Below are positions 58,216-64,000 of a stretch of 64,000 nucleotides of DNA, one piece after another. Source of the stretch: Firmicutes bacterium CAG:321_26_22 (lineage in GTDB: Bacteria > Bacillota_I > Bacilli_A > RF39 > UBA660); contig MNTB01000032.1 of assembly GCA_001916775.1 (NCBI GenBank), forward strand, positions 12,108 through 76,107, in the 5' to 3' direction. Positions within the stretch are counted from its first letter, which is position 1; each line of letters begins with the position of its first letter. The translations under genes and the position numbers were made by a program. The notes under the pieces are model-generated. The model did no database searches and had not been told where the DNA came from. It worked only from the letters and a program-made list of their open reading frames with translations.

Positions 58216-59958
58216 ATGAAAAATAAATATAGAACAATTTATTGTGGTGAAGTATCCACTAAAAATATCGGTGAAGTAATAAAAGTAGCAGGCTGGTTAG
58301 AACAAAAAAGAAATCTAGGTAGTCTAGTATTTATGACATTAAGAGATGAAACAGGAGTAATTCAGTTAATAAGTGAAGATATTGATAGTTTTAAAGATAT
58401 AACCAGAGAGAGTACTATGACTGTAACTGGAGTAGTAAGACATAGAGCTGAAGGTATGACTAATCCTAATATGAAAACAGGAGAAGTAGAAGTATTAGTA
58501 TCTTCTTTTGAAGTACTAGGAGTAGCTCAAAATGTATTACCTTTTGAAATTAATAGAAGTACTGAAGCTTTTGAAGATACTAGATTAAAATATAGATATC
58601 TAGACTTAAGAAATCCTAAAGTACATGATAGAATACTATTTAGAACAGAAGTATTAGATTATATGAGAAAAATAATGAAAGAGATGAACTTTACAGAGAT
58701 TCAAACACCAATTATAACTGCATCATCTCCAGAAGGAGCTAGAGACTTTATTGTACCATCAAGAAAGTATAAGGGAAAATTTTATGCTCTACCTCAAGCT
58801 CCTCAAATATTTAAACAATTACTTATGTGTTCAGGATTTAATAGATATTTCCAAATAGCTCCATGTTTTAGAGATGAAGATCCTAGAAGTGATAGATTAT
58901 ATGGTGAGTTCTATCAATTAGACTTAGAAATGTCATTTGCTACTGATGAAGATGTTTATGCAGTAGGAGAGAGAATCTTCTACGACATATTTACTCGCTT
59001 TAGTGATAAAGAGGTATCAGAGAGACCATTTAGAAGAATACCATTTAAAGAGGCTATGCTTAAGTATGGTTCAGATAAACCAGATTTAAGAAATCCATTA
59101 GTGATTGAAGACTTAACTGATATATTAAGTAAGAGTTCATTTGAACCATTTAAAACATCTTTAATTAGAGGTATTACTGTTAAGAATATTGATAAATCAA
59201 ACTCTTGGTATAAGTCTATGGAAGAATATATGAAGAGTGTTGGAGCTCCTGCGCTTGCATATATTAAAGTAAATGAAGATATGACTTTTAAATCATCATT
59301 AGATAAGTTCTTAACTGATGAAATAAGAAAAGAATTAGTAGATAAATGTAATCTAGAGGCTGGAAGTACTTTATTTGTACTAGCAGATTCTAAGAATAAA
59401 ATAAATAAATTAGCAGGTCTTCTTAGAATTAAATTAGGTAATGAACTTGATTTACTAGATAAGAATAAATTTGAATTCTGTATTATTAATGATTTTCCTA
59501 TGTATGAATATAATGAAGAAGAGAATACTTGGGATTTTGGTCATAATCCATTTAGTATGCCTCAAGGTGGATTAGAAGCTCTTACTGAAGATAATATTGA
59601 AAATGTTGTAGCATATCAATATGACTTTGTATGTAATGGTTATGAGATGGCTTCTGGGGCTGTTAGAAACCATGATATTAGAATAATGAAGAGAGCCTTT
59701 GAACTTGCTGGTTATACTGATGAAGATGTGGAGACTAAGTTTAGAAGTTTATATACAGCATTTCAATATGGAGCACCTCCTCATGCTGGAATGGCTCCTG
59801 GTATTGATAGAATATTAATGTTATTAAAAGATGAAGAAAATATTAGAGAAATGGTTGCTTTCCCACTAGGGGCTAATGGTGCTGATGCTATGATGGGTTG
59901 TCCTGGTGAAGTGTTTGAAAAACAACTTAGAGAAACACATATTAAGGTTAGAGATTAA
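58216..59958 (+). CDS. aspS: aspartyl-tRNA synthetase
   Basis: Class IIb. N-terminal anticodon-binding OB domain. Motifs FRDEDPRSDR, QLDLEMSF, GAPPHAGMAPGIDR. ATG 58216 lies 6 nt after AAAGGAAG. Confidence 0.9.
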   Translation: MKNKYRTIYCGEVSTKNIGEVIKVAGWLEQKRNLGSLVFMTLRDETGVIQLISEDIDSFKDITRESTMTVTGVVRHRAEGMTNPNMKTGEVEVLVSSFEVLGVAQNVLPFEINRSTEAFEDTRLKYRYLDLRNPKVHDRILFRTEVLDYMRKIMKEMNFTEIQTPIITASSPEGARDFIVPSRKYKGKFYALPQAPQIFKQLLMCSGFNRYFQIAPCFRDEDPRSDRLYGEFYQLDLEMSFATDEDVYAVGERIFYDIFTRFSDKEVSERPFRRIPFKEAMLKYGSDKPDLRNPLVIEDLTDILSKSSFEPFKTSLIRGITVKNIDKSNSWYKSMEEYMKSVGAPALAYIKVNEDMTFKSSLDKFLTDEIRKELVDKCNLEAGSTLFVLADSKNKINKLAGLLRIKLGNELDLLDKNKFEFCIINDFPMYEYNEEENTWDFGHNPFSMPQGGLEALTEDNIENVVAYQYDFVCNGYEMASGAVRNHDIRIMKRAFELAGYTDEDVETKFRSLYTAFQYGAPPHAGMAPGIDRILMLLKDEENIREMVAFPLGANGADAMMGCPGEVFEKQLRETHIKVRD

Positions 59959-59977
59959 TATTTATTAAGGGGGATAT

Positions 59978-61339
59978 ATGAATAATAATTTTGATTTAGT
60001 TATAATTTATAGAAGAATGGAAAAGAAAAATGTAATTAATTATATACCAGTATATTGTGAAGTTGGTACTTATAATCAAGAGAGTGAAGTATTTACTACT
60101 ACTAAAGGGAAGAAATATCATCATATGATTGAGGGAGAAGAGTATGCCTTTTTAGGTAGACTTCCTCTCTCTAGATATACTGATCTTTATCCTAAATCTT
60201 CACTTTTTACTATTAAAACAAAAGCCTTTATCAATAACGCAAAACATAGATATATATTATCAAAAAGTAAAGATAATGTACCAATAGTCTTACAAGTAGA
60301 AAAGAATAATGAATGTAATATCTTTCTAGATAGTGACTTAATAAACTTCTATAACAAATATTATCCTGAATTAGAAATTGATAATATTATTGGTAATAAT
60401 GAAATGAATATTAGTGATGTCTATAAAGAACTAACTAGTAAAATAATAGGTCAAGATGAACAAATTAAACAAATATTATCTACTATATGGAAGCAATATA
60501 ATAATGAAGATAAGACTTTTAATTATAATATGTTAATTAATGGTCCAGAAGGTGTTGGTAAGACTACAATCTTTAAATTACTTGAAGAATTACTTGGTAT
60601 TCCTTGCGTTATTATTAATGCTAAAAGACTAGGTAGTGAAGGTTATATTGAAAATATATTATTAAATTTATTAGAAAAGACTGAATTTGATGTTGAAAGG
60701 GCTAAGACTGGTATTTTGGTTATTGATAAATTAGAAGAAATATCGACAAATAGTAAAGAAAGACATAGTACTTCTAGTAAGGCTTTACAAGAAATTATTA
60801 TTAATTTGATTGATGAAGGGGTATTTACTATTAATACTATTAATAATGAGAAATATCGTTTTAGTATGGATAAACTACTTATAATTGGTATTGGTAATTT
60901 TAATAATAATGAGAATCTTAGAAATACTACAGTGGGATTTAATACTGCATTAGAAGATAATACTCTTGATTCTTATGGTATTATACCTGAACTTGCTAAT
61001 AAATTTCCTATTCTAATAGAAATGAATAATTTGTCACTAGATGATTATATTAATATTATTAAGAATTCTACTTTAAGTTCTCTTAATACTAATAGGGAAT
61101 TTTTAGGTAAAAGGAATATTAACTTAGAAATATCCGAAGAAGTTATTAATATGATAGCTAGAATAGCTTATGATAGAAAATTAGGTGCTAAGAGTATTAA
61201 TGAAATACTTGAGTCTTCTCTTGCACTTGCTGAGTTTGAGATAGCTAGTAATTCTTCTTTATATGAGAGTTTGATTATTGATAAGTCTACGATTAAAGAT
61301 AATAAGAAATATACTTTAGTAAAGAGAAAGAATAATTAA
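59978..61339 (+). CDS. ClpX-like AAA+ protein lacking the N-terminal zinc-binding domain, with altered Walker B and arginine positions
   Basis: IIGQDEQIKQILSTIW...LINGPEGVGKTTIFKLLEELLGIPCVIINAKRLGSEGYIENILLNLLEKTEFDVERAKTGILVIDKLEEIS aligns with the ClpX AAA+ module. Walker B reads IDKLEE where ClpX has IDEIDK. GIIPELANKFPI stands where ClpX has GLIPEFIGRLPV. No C4 zinc finger. Confidence 0.55.
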   Translation: MNNNFDLVIIYRRMEKKNVINYIPVYCEVGTYNQESEVFTTTKGKKYHHMIEGEEYAFLGRLPLSRYTDLYPKSSLFTIKTKAFINNAKHRYILSKSKDNVPIVLQVEKNNECNIFLDSDLINFYNKYYPELEIDNIIGNNEMNISDVYKELTSKIIGQDEQIKQILSTIWKQYNNEDKTFNYNMLINGPEGVGKTTIFKLLEELLGIPCVIINAKRLGSEGYIENILLNLLEKTEFDVERAKTGILVIDKLEEISTNSKERHSTSSKALQEIIINLIDEGVFTINTINNEKYRFSMDKLLIIGIGNFNNNENLRNTTVGFNTALEDNTLDSYGIIPELANKFPILIEMNNLSLDDYINIIKNSTLSSLNTNREFLGKRNINLEISEEVINMIARIAYDRKLGAKSINEILESSLALAEFEIASNSSLYESLIIDKSTIKDNKKYTLVKRKNN

Positions 61340-61446
61340 TCTTTCTTTTTCTTTTCCTTTACAGCCTATCAAAGATAGTCTTCCAAGGTATTTTTGAACC
61401 TGTAGTTTCAAAAATAAATATTTATATAGTATAATGATATTGTTTG

Positions 61447-61474
61447 TTATAGAGACTATAACTAGGCTCTATAA
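61447..61474. repeat. hairpin element TTATAGAG-N12-CTCTATAA (family 3, copy 2, inverted orientation)
   Basis: ttatagagactataactaggctctataa approximates the reverse complement of 20659-20688. It lies ~10 nt downstream of the TATAAT at 61431-61436. Confidence 0.5.
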
Positions 61475-61576
61475 CACCTTCAGAGACTACGGGCTCGGAA
61501 GGAATAAAGTAAAATAATTGTCAAATATAAATAAAGCTATTTACTAATAATATAGACTATGATATAATTAAGATAC

Positions 61577-61757
61577 CTAGAGGATACGACATCTTTAGTA
61601 TAAAACCGACTAAAGATATTAATAGGGGAGCTAATATAATTTATGTGTTGAATGCTTGCTTCTAAGTAGGAATCCTAATTAAATTATTGTGCTGACCCAC
61701 CTGTGACTTACGCCGCGGGTTTTATCTTACAGGGTCGGTCCGTCTGGGCTTTTTTTA
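61577..61757 (+). ncRNA. candidate small RNA 1 (own promoter and terminator)
   Basis: Extended -10 promoter TTTACT(61540-45)-17-TGaTATAAT(61560-68). The transcript of ~180 nt contains a hairpin CTTTAGT/ACTAAAG and a 3' module ACCCACCTGTGACTTAcgccGCGGGTTTTATCTTA. It ends GGGCTTTTTTTATTTT. No ORF. Confidence 0.4.
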
Positions 61758-61801
61758 TTTTAATTATTGACTTTTCTAGGTGAGTCCGCTATAATTTAAT
61801 T

Positions 61802-61968
61802 ATGTACGGTGGCTACCATCGGAATTTATGTCTGCGGACGAAGAATAATCTTCTATGAAGCAGAAAAGCATTATCGTGAGGTAATGTAAGAAGTACAACC
61901 CACCTGTGACTTATAAGTACACCGTGGGTTTTTATTTTACATTACTAGCCCAGTTAGGCTTTTTTTTA
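61802..61968 (+). ncRNA. candidate small RNA 2, paralogous 3' module to sRNA 1 (own promoter and terminator)
   Basis: Promoter TTGACT(61767-72)-17-TATAAT(61790-95). The transcript contains GUCUGCGGAC-GAAGA-auaa-UCUUC-uaugaaGCAGAa and the 3' module ACCCACCTGTGACTTAtaagtacaccGTGGGTTTTTATTTTA. It ends AGCC-cagtt-AGGCTTTTTTTT. Confidence 0.4.
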
Positions 61969-62005
61969 TATAGATTTTGTGATATACTAATAATGGTGAT
62001 GAGAA

Positions 62006-62509
62006 GTGGAAATAAAAAATAATACTATATATACTAATGACTTAGTAAAAGAATTTTTAAGAGTATATTATTTTGATAAAGTAAAGACAATTAGAATAAT
62101 TATGAATATTCTAATAGCAGTATTAGTAGTTAGATTCTTCTTTTTAGATAATACTACTACTATCGATATAATTACCTTTATATTTAGTTTATTTGGTATC
62201 ATAGAATTAAATACTAATATGTTACCATATACTAATTATAAAAGATTAGAAAAAAGAAAAGATAGTATTCTAAATACTAAGATAAAATATCTATTTAAAG
62301 AATATAATTTTATGATAGATAATGGTAAAGAAGAATATATAAATTATAAAGATTTATATAAAGTAATTGAAAGAGATAATACCTACTACTTATATATAAA
62401 TAAATATAAAGCTTTTATAGTAAGTAAAGAAGGTATTAGTAAGAATAATATAGAGAAATTAAGTAATAATTTTAAAGATAAAGTATCCACCTATAAATAT
62501 ATAAAATAA
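62006..62509 (+). CDS. hypothetical membrane protein
   Basis: 167 aa with two predicted TM helices. Co-directional with tcdA and adjacent to it. Confidence 0.4.
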   Translation: MEIKNNTIYTNDLVKEFLRVYYFDKVKTIRIIMNILIAVLVVRFFFLDNTTTIDIITFIFSLFGIIELNTNMLPYTNYKRLEKRKDSILNTKIKYLFKEYNFMIDNGKEEYINYKDLYKVIERDNTYYLYINKYKAFIVSKEGISKNNIEKLSNNFKDKVSTYKYIK

Positions 62510-63183
62510 TGTTTGATAGAACAATAGCTTTAATAGGTCAAGATAATTTAGATAAAATAAAGAGTAAACATATTCTTATAATTGGAGTAGGTGGAGTAGG
62601 TGGATATGCAATAGAAGCTCTTATTAGAAGTGGTATTCATAATATAACATTAGTAGATTATGATAACATAGATATATCTAATATTAATAGACAAATAATA
62701 GCTAAAGAAAGTAATGTAGGTAAATTAAAAGTAGAGGCTTGGAAAGAGAGAATTAATGAAATAAATAGTAGTGTTTTAGTAAATACTTTACCACTTAAAA
62801 TAGATGAAAATAATATTGATATATTATTTAAAAGCTCCTACGACTATATAATAGATGCTTGTGATACTATTATAGTAAAGAAATTACTTATCAAGAAATG
62901 TCATGAAAAGAATATTAAATTAATTACAGTATGTGGTATGGGTAAAAAGTTAAATCCTAGTCTAGTAAAAATATGTGATATCAAAGATACTTCATATGAT
63001 CCACTAGCTAAAAGTATTAGAAAATATGTCAAAGATGAAAAAATAAGAGGTAAAGTACCCGTAGTATTTTCTAGTGAAGAACCTAAGAAGAATGATAAAA
63101 ATTTAGTATCTTCAATGATGATGGTACCCGCTACTGCTGGTATAAATGCTGCTTATTATGTGATAAATGATATTATAAAATAA
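62509..63183 (+). CDS. tcdA: tRNA threonylcarbamoyladenosine dehydratase (ThiF/MoeB-family E1-like)
   Basis: IIGVGGVGGYAIEALIRSGIHNITLVDYDNIDISNINRQI is a Rossmann E1-like motif, with the TcdA/CsdL length and C-terminus. Confidence 0.75.
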   Translation: MFDRTIALIGQDNLDKIKSKHILIIGVGGVGGYAIEALIRSGIHNITLVDYDNIDISNINRQIIAKESNVGKLKVEAWKERINEINSSVLVNTLPLKIDENNIDILFKSSYDYIIDACDTIIVKKLLIKKCHEKNIKLITVCGMGKKLNPSLVKICDIKDTSYDPLAKSIRKYVKDEKIRGKVPVVFSSEEPKKNDKNLVSSMMMVPATAGINAAYYVINDIIK

Positions 63184-63204
63184 AATATATATGGAGGTGT
63201 TAAG

Positions 63205-64000
63205 ATGTCAGAAAAAGAATTGGATTCAAGTATAAACAACTATATCGAAGTAAAATCTAATAATATAAAACAATTAGATTGGGATATGGCTATTGGTCTT
63301 CAGGAAGTAGACAATCTAAAACCTTCAAAATATTTGGGAAAATTGCTTAAAGAAAATGTAATTGGTGAAAAAACTATTTATGAAGTAGAACAAGAAATAA
63401 AAAAATATTATACTTTAAAAGAAGAAAATAACGAAGTAAATCAAGAAGAACAAGAATGTGATTTAGTTTCTACTAGAATAGTAGAGTTATTGCAAGAAGA
63501 TAATTTTGAATTATCAATTGATTATCTAAAATATATTCATAAATATTTATTCCAAGATATATATGACTTTGCTGGTAAATTTAGAAAAGTAGACTTTTCT
63601 AAACATGAGAAAATATTAAATAATGATTCTATAGCATATGGGGACTCTAAGTTATTAGAACAATCATTAAATTATGATATATCTTTAGAAAAAAAGAAAG
63701 ATTATAAAGTAATGAATATGGTTGATATCATAAACAACATTACTGATTTCTCTTCAAGAATATGGCAGGTACACCCTTTTAGAGAAGGCAATACCAGAAC
63801 TACTGCGCTATTTATAGAAAAGTATTTAATATTTCTTGGAATAAAGGTAGATAATACTATGTTTAAAGAAAAATCAGTGTATTTTAGAAATGCCTTAGTA
63901 AGAAGTAATTATTTTAATAATGAATTAAACATAAGTAAAGATGATAGTTTCTTAATCAAATTCTATGAAAATCTATTACTGAGTAAAAATAATGAATTAC
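63205..64000 (+). CDS. Fic/DOC-family protein (partial, runs off window end)
   Basis: RBS GGAGGTG. The Fic motif HPFREGNTRTTALF has GNTR in place of the canonical GNGR. Confidence 0.65.
   Translation, partial: MSEKELDSSINNYIEVKSNNIKQLDWDMAIGLQEVDNLKPSKYLGKLLKENVIGEKTIYEVEQEIKKYYTLKEENNEVNQEEQECDLVSTRIVELLQEDNFELSIDYLKYIHKYLFQDIYDFAGKFRKVDFSKHEKILNNDSIAYGDSKLLEQSLNYDISLEKKKDYKVMNMVDIINNITDFSSRIWQVHPFREGNTRTTALFIEKYLIFLGIKVDNTMFKEKSVYFRNALVRSNYFNNELNISKDDSFLIKFYENLLLSKNNEL

Noticed and set aside
61792-61960. Assignment of candidate sRNA 2 as SRP (4.5S/scRNA) RNA
   Set aside because: Only a loose resemblance to domain IV (GUC.GCGGAC ... GAAGCAG). The expected GNRA tetraloop and the symmetric and asymmetric loops cannot be placed convincingly. 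It is kept as a generic candidate sRNA.
1-64000. CRISPR arrays, IS elements/transposases, integrases, prophage genes
   Set aside because: No regularly spaced direct repeats with unique spacers were seen. I recognised no ORF with transposase (DDE), recombinase or phage structural motifs. The tRNA-adjacent regions contain only the small modules described above.

Overview
This is an AT-rich (~28% GC) chromosomal segment from a Firmicutes-type genome. It uses the standard genetic code: TGG encodes Trp and genes end in TAA or TAG. Almost everything is on the + strand, with strong sigma-A-like promoters and Shine-Dalgarno sites. Housekeeping genes, in order: rpsL-rpsG-fusA-tuf, then ileS behind a T-box leader, a sporulation-type sigma factor, rpoZ, queA, nrdD-nrdG, and glmS behind a clearly recognisable glmS ribozyme. 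After these come rluB, trmB, rnc, uvrB, secDF, relA, dtd and aspS behind a second T-box leader, then tcdA and a partial Fic-family gene at the window end. There are three tRNAs: Met(CAT), Leu(CAA) and Cys(GCA). Sporulation-lineage genes are present: spoVS plus a frameshifted 3' fragment copy of it, SigE/K-like and SigF-like sigma factors, and a SpoIIAA-like STAS protein. Several accessory or unusual modules are interleaved with these. (1) The class III RNR glycyl-radical tail is encoded as a separate 56-codon ORF between nrdD and nrdG. (2) Two paralogous small Cys4 proteins, whose promoters are also duplicated, sit in tandem next to an HExxH protein and tRNA-Cys. (3) A block of transglutaminase-like protein, a two-module sigma-like protein, a 1296-aa surface protein with DNA-level internal repeats and a small membrane protein. 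(4) A dockerin-bearing protein. (5) A ClpX-like AAA+ protein with changes in its catalytic residues. (6) A DUF3800-like two-gene module before uvrB. (7) Two tandem units that look like small RNAs, each with its own promoter and terminator. (8) At least three families of short paired-hairpin repeats, most of them just upstream of the promoters of highly expressed genes. I found no CRISPR array, IS element or obvious prophage.
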